A stretch of 64,000 nt of DNA. It comes from an uncultured virus (IMG/VR IMGVR_UViG_3300030202_003277) (Duplodnaviria > Heunggongvirae > Uroviricota > Caudoviricetes). The translations under genes were made by a program, and so were the position numbers. Shown in pieces: positions 1 through 9,063 of the stretch; the stretch's first letter is position 1, and each line of letters opens with the position of its first letter. The DNA lies in the IMG/VR virus record IMGVR_UViG_3300030202_003277; one strand, written 5' to 3'. The notes below the pieces were generated by a model. The model worked only from the letters and a program-made list of their open reading frames with translations. It did no database searches and had not been told where the DNA came from.

Positions 1-2
1 CA

Positions 3-98
3 GGTGTTCCAGCTCCCGGCACAGTAGTAACTTTTTATGTAGATCATGAAGGGTGTTCAAGAAAAAGAAAACAAACTGGAACAGCAATAGTACCTTAA
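3..98 (+). CDS. 3' end of an upstream gene (partial)
   Basis: Open frame GVPAPGTVVTFYVDHEGCSRKRKQTGTAIVP ending TAA at 96-98, just before the ATG at 101. Confidence 0.55.
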   Translation, partial: GVPAPGTVVTFYVDHEGCSRKRKQTGTAIVP

Positions 99-100
99 TT

Positions 101-1201
101 ATGAATAATACATTAAATAACAATCCAAATGATTTCAGAAATTGGAAAGATGCTGTAAATAATATTTATGGTGTTTTACACAATTTAGGTGGTGGCGCTA
201 CACAAAATGTAAATGATAATTTAGTTGTTGAAGGAACAAGTAATTCTACAACTGCAATTGCTATTTATGGTATAAATGTTATAGAAACAAGTACTGCTGT
301 AGATAGAGCGTGTAAATTACCTGAAGCTAAAACAGGTCGCTCTACTACTTTTGTAAATAATTCTTCTTTACCAATATTAATATTTCCTTCTGCATTAGGA
401 GGAAGTATTAATAATGTAATTAATGGAGTTGCTACTATTCCAAATGATGGAAAAGCATATACATTTTATTGTTATGAAAATCCTCTACCTGGAGCTTGGA
501 CTTGGAGCCCTCCAGCTACTACTCAATATGATAGTGGAGAAATAGTTTGTGATACTATAGCTGGTGCTGGTGTTGGTCGTTACAACGTAGCCATTAGTAG
601 TAACTATGCTAAGGAGTCAGATGGTGCGGGTAGTGCAAGTACTTTTTGGGTGTTTGATTGTCAAAATAGAGATTTAATTGGCGAAGATGCACCTGATTTT
701 TTACCTCATTCTTTAGGAGATACTCATGGTGTTTCTGGTACAGCTTTATCAGCAGACATAATGAATATTACTAAAATTAAAGTATACACAAACGCATATG
801 TTCCTGGTGGTTCTCCTATGTATTGTGGTATGGCTTTAGGTTGTGGTTTTTCTGTTTATGATAGCGATCAACCAGGAGGAACTTTTATTACTAACGGTGC
901 TTCAACAGCGACAAGTGGACCAAATAGTAACAGTAGTACTTGGGAAACTGTTCCTGGTGCTACTTTACCAACAAATACATTAGCTCCTAATATTGGAGAT
1001 CCAGGTACACAGTATATAAGTATTGACGTACCTTCTTGGGCGTTAATTGCTAATTATATAAATCTTGGACCAGCTCAATATATTGGACCAGATACTACTC
1101 CAGGACAATTTATATGGTATGCTGGAGGTTGGCAATTTTTTATTCAAAGTCAAAATGATTTTACAGATTTCAAATATCGTTTTATATTTGAATATAATTA
1201 A
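101..1201 (+). CDS. Putative tail/head fibre or virion appendage protein
   Basis: G/T/S/N-rich beta-type sequence; N-terminal NPxxFxNWxxAV module shared with 3948 and 5161; ATG 101 preferred over GTG 53. Confidence 0.55.
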   Translation: MNNTLNNNPNDFRNWKDAVNNIYGVLHNLGGGATQNVNDNLVVEGTSNSTTAIAIYGINVIETSTAVDRACKLPEAKTGRSTTFVNNSSLPILIFPSALGGSINNVINGVATIPNDGKAYTFYCYENPLPGAWTWSPPATTQYDSGEIVCDTIAGAGVGRYNVAISSNYAKESDGAGSASTFWVFDCQNRDLIGEDAPDFLPHSLGDTHGVSGTALSADIMNITKIKVYTNAYVPGGSPMYCGMALGCGFSVYDSDQPGGTFITNGASTATSGPNSNSSTWETVPGATLPTNTLAPNIGDPGTQYISIDVPSWALIANYINLGPAQYIGPDTTPGQFIWYAGGWQFFIQSQNDFTDFKYRFIFEYN

Positions 1202-1219
1202 ATAATAAAAACAAATAAA

Positions 1220-1675
1220 ATGGAAATAGTAATGGAAAAAGAAAATGGAGTTGTTGTAAATAATGTTTACACTAACAAAGAATTAATTGAGTTAAATATT
1301 TGTTTTACGCAAATATTAGATACTTGTACTGAAATGAATGGTAAGTTTATTTATGCTATGCATAAAAATGTAACTAAGCTTGAACCATTTTTAGATAAAT
1401 TAAATGCTAAAAGATCTGAAATTGTACAAGAATTATCTGAAAAAGATAAAGATGGAAAACCAGTCTTAAAACAAGATGAAAATGGAAATCCTAAATTATC
1501 TTATAAAGGTAAAAATGAAGAAAAAGCTAAAGATACTTTTAACAAAGTATTAACTGAAAATATGACAATTGATTTTCATTTCATTAATTTAAAAGATTGG
1601 GAAAGTGTAAATGGGGTTAATCTAAATAAAATAACAGGTTTAGGTTTGTTTATGGATAGGATGATTGTAGAATGA
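1220..1675 (+). CDS. Hypothetical protein (possible fibre assembly chaperone)
   Basis: Charged helical protein among fibre genes. Confidence 0.35.
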   Translation: MEIVMEKENGVVVNNVYTNKELIELNICFTQILDTCTEMNGKFIYAMHKNVTKLEPFLDKLNAKRSEIVQELSEKDKDGKPVLKQDENGNPKLSYKGKNEEKAKDTFNKVLTENMTIDFHFINLKDWESVNGVNLNKITGLGLFMDRMIVE

Positions 1676-2277
1676 GAAAAGATATTACAATATCAAAATT
1701 AGCTAAAGCTATGAATAGGCTTGGTTATTCTGTTTTTGAAACTGATACAAAAGCATACAATTTAAATATTGTAGGTGTTAGGTCTTCTAATCCTATAGTA
1801 AATGAATTTAATGATTTAATGTGTGTCTTTTGGAAATATGAAGGAAATTGGAATATTTATAAAATGCAAATGACAAGTTTACCTGGAGTTTATTGGTTAG
1901 CTAATCCTTCTAATCCTTTAGGTTGTGCTATTTTAAAAGAAGGTCAATATAAAGGAGTTTATAAAATTGATAAACATTCTGGAAAATATGATGCTTTGTG
2001 TCAGAGATTAGGAAATGTTACAGTATATCGAGATGATAATCGAGATAGAAATTATGATGAAATTTCTGGTACTGAAGATACAGGTATGTTTGGTATAAAT
2101 ATTCATAAAGCACATGCAGATTATGAATTAGAAACAGTAGATAAATGGTCTGCTGGTTGTCAAGTAATACAAGATCCTGATGAATATGAAATACATATGG
2201 ATGTTGTAAAAAAATCTGCAGAAATATGGGGAAATAAATTTACCTATACATTAATTAACGAAAACGATTTAAATTAA
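1672..2277 (+). CDS. Putative endolysin, L,D-transpeptidase (YkuD)-like Cys peptidase
   Basis: GINIH...WSAGCQV matches the His...SxGC catalytic signature; late-gene context. Confidence 0.6.
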   Translation: MRKDITISKLAKAMNRLGYSVFETDTKAYNLNIVGVRSSNPIVNEFNDLMCVFWKYEGNWNIYKMQMTSLPGVYWLANPSNPLGCAILKEGQYKGVYKIDKHSGKYDALCQRLGNVTVYRDDNRDRNYDEISGTEDTGMFGINIHKAHADYELETVDKWSAGCQVIQDPDEYEIHMDVVKKSAEIWGNKFTYTLINENDLN

Positions 2278-2282
2278 ATATT

Positions 2283-2555
2283 ATGGCAAGTAGTTCAGAT
2301 ATATCATTAGATTTAATACAAAAAGGTGTTACAAGAACTCCACAATTTACAAGAGCTGCTGGTGCGGGTACTGTAGAAAAAGGAGCTCGTTCAGTAACTT
2401 TTTTTAATGCTGGAGCAGCAAATGCTACTGTATTAGGAACAAATTTATTACCACAAGAAAAAGTAACTATTGATGGTGGTGGTCAATCTGATCATTTAGA
2501 TGAAATAGCATTTGATGGTACAGGAACTGATTTAGTAATCGTAACAATTATATAA
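2283..2555 (+). CDS. Small beta-rich virion protein
   Basis: G/A/T-rich 90 aa ORF among fibre genes. Confidence 0.4.
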   Translation: MASSSDISLDLIQKGVTRTPQFTRAAGAGTVEKGARSVTFFNAGAANATVLGTNLLPQEKVTIDGGGQSDHLDEIAFDGTGTDLVIVTII

Positions 2556-2557
2556 TT

Positions 2558-3418
2558 ATGGCAATTACAGATTTTGAAAAACAAAGCTCAGGTGGTGGTA
2601 GTGGCGTTACTGATGTAACAGCAACAGCTCCTATTACTTCAACAGGTGGTGCTACTCCAGATATTGGAATTTCAGCAGCAACTCCACTTACGGATGGTTC
2701 TATGAGTGGTTCAGATAAAAATAAATTAAATGGTATAGCTGCTGGAGCTCAACCAGGTACAGTAACAGGTGTTAGTGCTGTTGCTCCTATTACAGTTATT
2801 GCTTCTCCAACTTCTCCATCTGTAGGAATAAATCAAGCTGGAGCAGGCTCTGATGGTTATTTAGATTCTACAGATTGGAATACTTTTAATAATAAAGGAG
2901 ATGGTGTTGTAACAACACTAACAACTTCTGGTTCGGGTGCTGCAACTTTAGTAGGTAGTACTTTAAATGTACCAACTCCAACAGGAACTGGTGATATGTT
3001 AGCAGCTACTTATGACCCTACAGGTGTTGCTGCTGATGTTTATGATTATAGTAATCAATTAGGTATTACACAAATGCCTGCTGCTCAAATTACTACATAT
3101 ACTGAATCTGGTGGTGGTTCTGTTGAAATTGATAATTACGACCTTTCAACTTATAATGTACATTACATTGATCCTGGTGCTCATGATAGAGATTTTACAG
3201 GAATGGTAGCTCCAAGTGCTGGTGTACAAAGAATTGTAGTAATAATAAATGTAGGAACTAATAAAAAATTAAAATTTAAAGATAATGATGGAGATAGTGA
3301 TGCTGCAAATAGATTGCTATTATCAGATACTGATGATTTTGATTTATATGAGGGTGGTTCTGTGCAGTTTATTTATAATCATACAACAAGTAGGTGGCAT
3401 ACATATACTTATTATTAA
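2558..3418 (+). CDS. Tail fibre-like protein with internal repeats
   Basis: Two related repeats, VTDVTATAPIT..DGSMSGSDKNKLNG and VTGVSAVAPIT..DGYLDSTDWNTFNNK, typical of fibre shafts. Confidence 0.65.
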   Translation: MAITDFEKQSSGGGSGVTDVTATAPITSTGGATPDIGISAATPLTDGSMSGSDKNKLNGIAAGAQPGTVTGVSAVAPITVIASPTSPSVGINQAGAGSDGYLDSTDWNTFNNKGDGVVTTLTTSGSGAATLVGSTLNVPTPTGTGDMLAATYDPTGVAADVYDYSNQLGITQMPAAQITTYTESGGGSVEIDNYDLSTYNVHYIDPGAHDRDFTGMVAPSAGVQRIVVIINVGTNKKLKFKDNDGDSDAANRLLLSDTDDFDLYEGGSVQFIYNHTTSRWHTYTYY

Positions 3419-3457
3419 AATAAATATCTTTAGGTTATGAAAAATTAACCTTTAGAT

Positions 3458-3928
3458 ATGATGAATGTTAAAAGAAGAAGAAAAAGAAAAAGAAGATTAA
3501 GAAAAAACAGAAGAAAAAAAAGAAAATTTAGAAAAATGGCAAGAAAATTTTATAAAGAAGATAACGAAGCTATACCAGCTATAAAGTTTGAATTAACTCA
3601 GCCAACAGGATATACAGAAATAACTGACTCTATAGAAATTAAGAGATTATATATAAGACAATATGGATATAGGATTAAAGATGGTAAAAATTATGTATTA
3701 AATTATACAGCTGATAGATATTTAGATGTATTAAATGGTACTTATACGGAAGCAGAAGTGTTTGCTTTAGAAAATCACATTAAAGATTTGTATGATCAAT
3801 TAAATAATGGTTGGTGGTTAACTGCACAAAATACTAATAATGTATTAATTTTGGATGGTATTTATAACCAAACAATGAAAGACAGTATTCAAGCTGTTAT
3901 AAATGAATATGTAACTAATAATTATTAA
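3458..3928 (+). CDS. Hypothetical protein; start may be 3536 (MARKFY)
   Basis: ORF with an Arg/Lys-only N-terminus encoded by a purine tract. Confidence 0.5.
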   Translation: MMNVKRRRKRKRRLRKNRRKKRKFRKMARKFYKEDNEAIPAIKFELTQPTGYTEITDSIEIKRLYIRQYGYRIKDGKNYVLNYTADRYLDVLNGTYTEAEVFALENHIKDLYDQLNNGWWLTAQNTNNVLILDGIYNQTMKDSIQAVINEYVTNNY

Positions 3929-3947
3929 TAAATAAAAACAAAAAACA

Positions 3948-4547
3948 ATGAGAATTAATGAAGACCCAAGACAATTTAATAATTGGATAGACGCTGTAGT
4001 ACGAATTTTTAGATATTTAAATTCTGCTTTTTTTAGTATTGATTTATTAGCAGATAAAATTTCTACAGAAAGTTCATCTGGTTCAGTTCCAGCTCCTTTT
4101 TTACAAAAAACAGCTACACAAATTTCTTATCCTGATGGAACAGTGTTACAAGGATGGAAATTAACTGGTGGTATGTTATTAACTGGTTCTAATATATATT
4201 CTGAAGTTCAAGGAACATTAACAGTAGGTTCTTTTGATGCAAACCCTGCTAATGCTGGTTTTTATATTGCTTATGATTTAAGAGGTTCTGTAAAAGCTAT
4301 TGAAACAGCAGCTCCAAATACTTTTGATGTTATTAATTCATTTGGTTCAGGAGCAGATATGCAAGATACTACTACAGGTGCTCTTGTTAAATCTGATTAC
4401 ATGGGTGTATCATTAGATGATGACGGTAATGGTGAATACATTATTTCATTAAAAGCAGCTGGTGGAAATGCTAATCCATGCGAAGCTGAAGTTTTTTACC
4501 AATTTGAATTTTTATGTTACTCAGAAGTAACTCCACAATTAAGTTAA
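3948..4547 (+). CDS. Virion appendage protein with shared N-terminal module
   Basis: MRINEDPRQFNNWIDAVVRIFRYL N-terminus. Confidence 0.5.
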   Translation: MRINEDPRQFNNWIDAVVRIFRYLNSAFFSIDLLADKISTESSSGSVPAPFLQKTATQISYPDGTVLQGWKLTGGMLLTGSNIYSEVQGTLTVGSFDANPANAGFYIAYDLRGSVKAIETAAPNTFDVINSFGSGADMQDTTTGALVKSDYMGVSLDDDGNGEYIISLKAAGGNANPCEAEVFYQFEFLCYSEVTPQLS

Positions 4548-4564
4548 TATTTAAAATATAAATT

Positions 4565-5158
4565 ATGCCAATAGAAGAAAAATTTGCAGCAGATGCAACA
4601 GTAAAAGATAAAAGAGTTCAAGAAATGGCTTATACTGACGTAAGAATGTCTGTTAAAACCATAACTGAAACAGTAGCTATACAACCTAAAACAGCTGTAA
4701 GCACTGCAACTGAAGATGTTCCAGTAGCAGTAGAATATAAATTTAGAGAACCATCATTAGAAGAATTAGAAATTATAAAAGAAAATGCTAAAGCTATTAA
4801 AGAAGATGGTGCTTCAAGTGCTGATGATAAAGGTGCTGCTGAAATCTTAGAAGATGTAGCTGAAAATCAAAGAGAAATTAAAGATAAAGGAGAAAAGAAA
4901 ATATCAATTAGATATAGATCTTCTCGTGAAATGTTTAGCTCTATTAAATTGTTAATTGCTCCAGAACCAGGTTCAGATCAATTAGCAAAAATTTTGAAAT
5001 ATTCTCAAAAGAAAATTGAATTTCAAACTTATTTAAGTAGTAGAGGTTTTGCTGGCGGTGCTGTAATTAATTCACAAAATTTATTAAAAGGTAGAGCAAG
5101 TTCTATAAATGCAATGACAGCTCCAGTTCAACCTGAAGTTAAATATGCTGATTTATAA
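4565..5158 (+). CDS. Hypothetical protein
   Basis: 197 aa ORF, tightly packed in the operon. Confidence 0.5.
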   Translation: MPIEEKFAADATVKDKRVQEMAYTDVRMSVKTITETVAIQPKTAVSTATEDVPVAVEYKFREPSLEELEIIKENAKAIKEDGASSADDKGAAEILEDVAENQREIKDKGEKKISIRYRSSREMFSSIKLLIAPEPGSDQLAKILKYSQKKIEFQTYLSSRGFAGGAVINSQNLLKGRASSINAMTAPVQPEVKYADL

Positions 5159-5160
5159 AA

Positions 5161-6768
5161 ATGGCTCTTATAATAAACGAAAATCCAAAAGCATTTAGAA
5201 ATTGGGATGCTGCAGTTGTTAGAATTTATGAGATTTTAAGACAATTAAATTCTGGCAGTGGAGGTACTGGTCTTTTTGGTTCTACATATTTTGTAGCTCC
5301 TGAAGGTGATGATTCTACTGGTACTGTTGGTAGTTTAAGTAATCCTTGGAAAACAATTTCAGCAGCAAGAAATCAAGCTGTTGCAGATGGATTAAGTTCT
5401 TCTTTAATATACGTTTGGCCTGGTGTATATGATGAAACAGAATTACAATATCAAGATGGTAAAATGTATTTATCAGCAGGGGTTTTATTACAACCTTCTG
5501 CTAAAATAAATGGTTCTACTGGATTAAGTAATGTTGTATCTATAAATCAAGTTGAAAAAGAATTTAGATTTTTAGGGAATTGGCAATCATATTTAGAAGT
5601 TGGAAAAAAGTTTGAAATATTAGGCGGTGGTGCTAAAGATGGTAAATACACAATTGTATCTGCTTTAAATACTGGACCAAATACAAGTGTTGTTGTTGAA
5701 GAAGCAATTCCTGATGCAATAGTTTCTGGATATTTAAGAAATACTGAAGCTATATTTATATTAGGAGCAGACCCTTTAAATGCTCCAGCAACTTCTTATT
5801 CTACTAAGTTTGATTTATATGGTGAAGGAGATATTAATATTGTAGAATCTGCTGATGGAGATTGGTCAAAAGGAGTAGCTACAGCATTTGGAGATTCTGA
5901 ATTTTATGGTGAAGCTGTAGAATGGAGAATGCAACAAGGTGTTATGTTAGGAGCATATGATAATGCTATAATGAACTTTAATGGAAGTTTAATAGAACAT
6001 TATGGGCCTAATAATGGTGGTTATGTATGTACTGCAAGAGATGCTTCTAAAACTACATTTAATTTTGATGAAGTAAAATGTTCAGCAAGTTGGGCTTTTT
6101 ATGTTAGAAGAGGAAGTACAGCTAATTTTTCTGGTACATGTATTATTACTGCTAATAAAGTTACTCAAACAGGTGGTTTTCAAAATATTGCATGCTCTGA
6201 TATGAATGATTCTGGAAGGTTTATATTAAATGTTCCTATTATTGATTCTGAAAATTATGTTTTAAATTTTAGTGATATCTCTGGTGGACAACTTATTTTT
6301 AATGGAAATATGTATTCTACAGGTGCTTCAGGTAATGGTTTAGTTGGACAAAATATGTCTGGAGGTGAAATTATTGTTAATGGAAATATTATAACTGAAA
6401 CTGGAACTACTTGTTTAACAATAGGTGGAATGACTGGTGGGGAAATTTATATAAATGGAGATCAAGCTTGTACAAATGGTAATGATAGTTATTTATTAAA
6501 CGTACCATCAGGAAGTGGTCATAGATTAAGATTAAATGGTTCAGTTAAAAATACTAATGGTGGTGTTTTATGTACAGGAATTAGTAAAGGAGGTAATGAT
6601 TTAGTTATTGAAAATTTAAAAATTATTTCAGACGGAGATAGTATTACTTCAGGAGCAGCGCAAGATATTAATGTAATACATTCTTTAGCTTGTGATAAAG
6701 CTTTAAATGCTAATGTAACTAATGTTGTTGTTGGAAGTAATGTAATAATAGATGCTAATGTTATTTAA
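5161..6768 (+). CDS. Tail spike / putative beta-helix polysaccharide-binding or depolymerase protein
   Basis: YFVAPEGDDSTG..SNPWKTISAA..IYVWPGVY is the cap motif of pectate-lyase-like beta-helices; C-terminal GGxIxxNGN repeats. Confidence 0.65.
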   Translation: MALIINENPKAFRNWDAAVVRIYEILRQLNSGSGGTGLFGSTYFVAPEGDDSTGTVGSLSNPWKTISAARNQAVADGLSSSLIYVWPGVYDETELQYQDGKMYLSAGVLLQPSAKINGSTGLSNVVSINQVEKEFRFLGNWQSYLEVGKKFEILGGGAKDGKYTIVSALNTGPNTSVVVEEAIPDAIVSGYLRNTEAIFILGADPLNAPATSYSTKFDLYGEGDINIVESADGDWSKGVATAFGDSEFYGEAVEWRMQQGVMLGAYDNAIMNFNGSLIEHYGPNNGGYVCTARDASKTTFNFDEVKCSASWAFYVRRGSTANFSGTCIITANKVTQTGGFQNIACSDMNDSGRFILNVPIIDSENYVLNFSDISGGQLIFNGNMYSTGASGNGLVGQNMSGGEIIVNGNIITETGTTCLTIGGMTGGEIYINGDQACTNGNDSYLLNVPSGSGHRLRLNGSVKNTNGGVLCTGISKGGNDLVIENLKIISDGDSITSGAAQDINVIHSLACDKALNANVTNVVVGSNVIIDANVI

Positions 6769-6779
6769 ATTTAAAAATT

Positions 6780-6899
6780 ATGCCACATACTGAAGAAAGT
6801 TCAAGTGAAGAAGTAAAAGAAATATATTTTGAAATGTTTGGTTATTATCCGGATAATGTTCCACCTAATCCAAATGTTCCAAGCCCCCCTGGAGAATAG
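6780..6899 (+). CDS. Small acidic/Pro-rich peptide (39 aa)
   Basis: MPHTEESSSEEVKEIYFEMFGYYPDNVPPNPNVPSPPGE, fills the intergenic gap. Confidence 0.45.
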   Translation: MPHTEESSSEEVKEIYFEMFGYYPDNVPPNPNVPSPPGE

Positions 6900-6923
6900 T
6901 TATTAATTTAATAAAAGTGAAGA

Positions 6924-7319
6924 ATGATTTTTTTGGAAGTTACTCCTACAAATGTTAATGATATGCATATTAATATTAAAGATGTTATATATTTTGTAGG
7001 ATTTGTTGTAACTTTATTAACAGCGTGGTTTAAATTAAAGCATGATAATGATAAACAAACTGATCAAATTAAGCATTTAAAAGAAATGGCTGAGGGCTAT
7101 AAAAAAGATTGTGATGTAGCGTTTATGAATGCTAAACATAGCAGAACTGCTATTAGAAAAGATTATGATGATAAAATTGAAAAAGTAAGAGTAGAAAATA
7201 AAGAAACTAAAGATTCTTTAAACACTGAAATTCAAAATTTAAATACAAGCTTAACTGCTGTTAAAACAGATACAGCAGAAATTAAGGGAATGATAAGTAC
7301 ATTGTTAAATAAAAAATAA
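6924..7319 (+). CDS. Single-TM coiled-coil membrane protein (lysis-associated?)
   Basis: TM VIYFVGFVVTLLTAWF followed by a coiled coil. Confidence 0.5.
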   Translation: MIFLEVTPTNVNDMHINIKDVIYFVGFVVTLLTAWFKLKHDNDKQTDQIKHLKEMAEGYKKDCDVAFMNAKHSRTAIRKDYDDKIEKVRVENKETKDSLNTEIQNLNTSLTAVKTDTAEIKGMISTLLNKK

Positions 7320-7330
7320 AAAATAAAATC

Positions 7331-7462
7331 ATGGGAAAAGGTAAATCACACGATGGATGGTCTGGATTAAGACATGGGAAACCAGTTGTTAAACCAGCTC
7401 CACAAGCTAAAACTTACGGTGGGTTAAAAAATTCAACTGATATAAGACAACAATCTAAATAA
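7331..7462 (+). CDS. Small basic peptide (43 aa)
   Basis: MGKGKSHDGWSGLRHGKPVVKPAPQAKTYGGLKNSTDIRQQSK; TAATG overlap with the next ORF. Confidence 0.55.
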   Translation: MGKGKSHDGWSGLRHGKPVVKPAPQAKTYGGLKNSTDIRQQSK

Positions 7463-7560
7463 TGGCTAAAAAGAAAAAGGTTACAAAACCTAAATCTAAA
7501 AAATCTAAGTCTCCAAAAAGACCAAAGAAATCAAAGTCTTCAAGTTCTTATAGGTATTAA
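7462..7560 (+). CDS. Tiny Lys/Ser-rich histone-tail-like peptide (32 aa)
   Basis: MAKKKKVTKPKSKKSKSPKRPKKSKSSSSYRY, translationally coupled. Confidence 0.55.
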   Translation: MAKKKKVTKPKSKKSKSPKRPKKSKSSSSYRY

Positions 7561-7576
7561 TAAAAAGGTTATTAAA

Positions 7577-7756
7577 ATGAAAAATCGTTTATTTTCAAAT
7601 TATGTTACAACTGTTTTAGGAGTATTAATTATAATATTCTGTGCTGTAATGATGTTTATGGAAAAAGCTAACTCTACTGAACTTTCAGGATGGTTAGCTC
7701 TTGGAATAATGTTTCTAAGATCTAAAGATTCATTAATTGCACTTCCTAAAGAGTAG
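7577..7756 (+). CDS. Putative holin (59 aa, 2 TM)
   Basis: MKNRLFSNYVTTVLGVLIIIFCAVMMFMEKANSTELSGWLALGIMFLRSKDSLIALPKE; absent from the ORF track; adjacent to the spanin. Confidence 0.6.
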   Translation: MKNRLFSNYVTTVLGVLIIIFCAVMMFMEKANSTELSGWLALGIMFLRSKDSLIALPKE

Positions 7757-8177
7757 CATATTAATACTATTATTAGTAGCATGTTCACCTCAAAAAAAGT
7801 TGAATAGGCTTATTAATAAACATCCTGAACTACTTACTCAAGATACTCTTAACTTAGTAATTCATGATACTATAGTTGTAGAAAAGTATAATTATGATAC
7901 TATTACACAGCTGTCTTATCATGATTCTACTATTGTGGTAAACAATGAAAAAGTATATCTAAAATATTTTTATGATACTTTGACAAAAGAAATTTACCAC
8001 GAAGTAACTTGTTATGGAGATACTGTTTATTTTATTAAAGAAGTACAGGTTCTTGTAGATAAAGTAATTGTAGAAGAACTTACCTGGTGGGAAAAATGGA
8101 GAGATACTATTATTATAATTTCAATAATAATTTTATTGTTATTTCTTTTTAAAAAGTTTAGTAAAGTATTGCTTTAA
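7737..8177 (+). CDS. Putative unimolecular spanin
   Basis: N-terminal lipobox LLLVAC plus C-terminal TM (TIIIISIIILLLFLF) and basic tail. Confidence 0.65.
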   Translation: MHFLKSSILILLLVACSPQKKLNRLINKHPELLTQDTLNLVIHDTIVVEKYNYDTITQLSYHDSTIVVNNEKVYLKYFYDTLTKEIYHEVTCYGDTVYFIKEVQVLVDKVIVEELTWWEKWRDTIIIISIIILLLFLFKKFSKVLL

Positions 8178-8191
8178 AATAATTATATTTG
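8169..8191 (+). promoter_or_regulatory. Bacteroidota-type sigma promoter
   Basis: TTG at 8169 followed by TATATTTG (TAnnTTTG) at 8184-8191. Confidence 0.45.
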
Positions 8192-8425
8192 ATAATGAGT
8201 TATAGAGAAGTAGAAGTAGAAGTAAAAGTTGGCAATAAAGTAGAGCCATATACTTTTAATGTAGAAAACATAAATTACTATAGAACTTATACTGATAATT
8301 CTGGAGAATTAAAAACAATGATATATTTAAGAGGCTCATTAAAGGGTATTGTATTAAATATTGGTTATGATACTTTAAAAAGCAAACTACAACAAAGTGT
8401 TAAAGAGATTGAACACGTTTCTTGA
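8189..8425 (+). CDS. Hypothetical protein
   Basis: 78 aa ORF. Confidence 0.5.
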   Translation: MIMSYREVEVEVKVGNKVEPYTFNVENINYYRTYTDNSGELKTMIYLRGSLKGIVLNIGYDTLKSKLQQSVKEIEHVS

Positions 8426-8447
8426 TTCCTGTTAATTTTGGATTCGT

Positions 8448-8483
8448 AAAAAAAAAAGAGAGCGCTTATTTGCTCTCTTTTTT
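8448..8483. terminator. Bidirectional intrinsic terminator at the convergence of late and early/middle transcription
   Basis: A-tract, GAGAGC-loop-GCTCTC, T-tract. Confidence 0.75.
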
Positions 8484-8882
8484 AGTTTGTATAAATAACT
8501 TTCTTGTTATTCTAACTTCTTCAGATAATTTACTTATTTGCTTAAATAAGACTTTATCTGTATCCATATAATCTTGTATAGATTTTTTAGCGTGTAATAC
8601 AGTTGCGTGATCATACCCACCATAATAATCTCCTATTTTGATTAATATTTCATTTTTTAAATGTGTTTGTGCTAAAAACATCATAAGATGTCTTGCAAAA
8701 ACATGTTTACGTTTTCTTGATCTTGCGAAAACTTCTTCTTTACTCATTTCGAGTTCAGAACAAACTAAATTTCTAATAAATTTATAACCATCAAGTTTTA
8801 ATCCAGGAATGGTCATATAAGATAAATCTAATTTATTTTTCACAATTGTTTCTTGATGTATTTCTTCATTAATAATTGGCAT
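8466..8882 (-). CDS. DnaA C-terminal (domain IV) HTH protein
   Basis: SRKRKHVFARHLMMFL..IGDYYGGYDHATVLHA matches the DnaA domain IV DHxTVxHA signature. Confidence 0.8.
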   Translation of the reverse strand: MPIINEEIHQETIVKNKLDLSYMTIPGLKLDGYKFIRNLVCSELEMSKEEVFARSRKRKHVFARHLMMFLAQTHLKNEILIKIGDYYGGYDHATVLHAKKSIQDYMDTDKVLFKQISKLSEEVRITRKLFIQTKKESK

Positions 8883-9061
8883 AATTCTTCAGGTTTAATT
8901 TGCATGTGATTTGCAATGTTAATAATATAAGAAAAAGGTATATCTCCTTTATTGAAATGATGTTGCAATAATTGTGGAGATATACCAATAGAGCGAGCTA
9001 ATTCGCTTTTATTGATTTTACATTTTTTGCAAAATTTATGTAAATCAAATGTTATAATCAT
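8840..9061 (-). CDS. XRE/Cro-type HTH protein
   Basis: INKSELARSIGISPQLLQH. Confidence 0.7.
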   Translation of the reverse strand: MIITFDLHKFCKKCKINKSELARSIGISPQLLQHHFNKGDIPFSYIINIANHMQIKPEELCQLLMKKYIKKQL

Positions 9062-9063
9062 AA

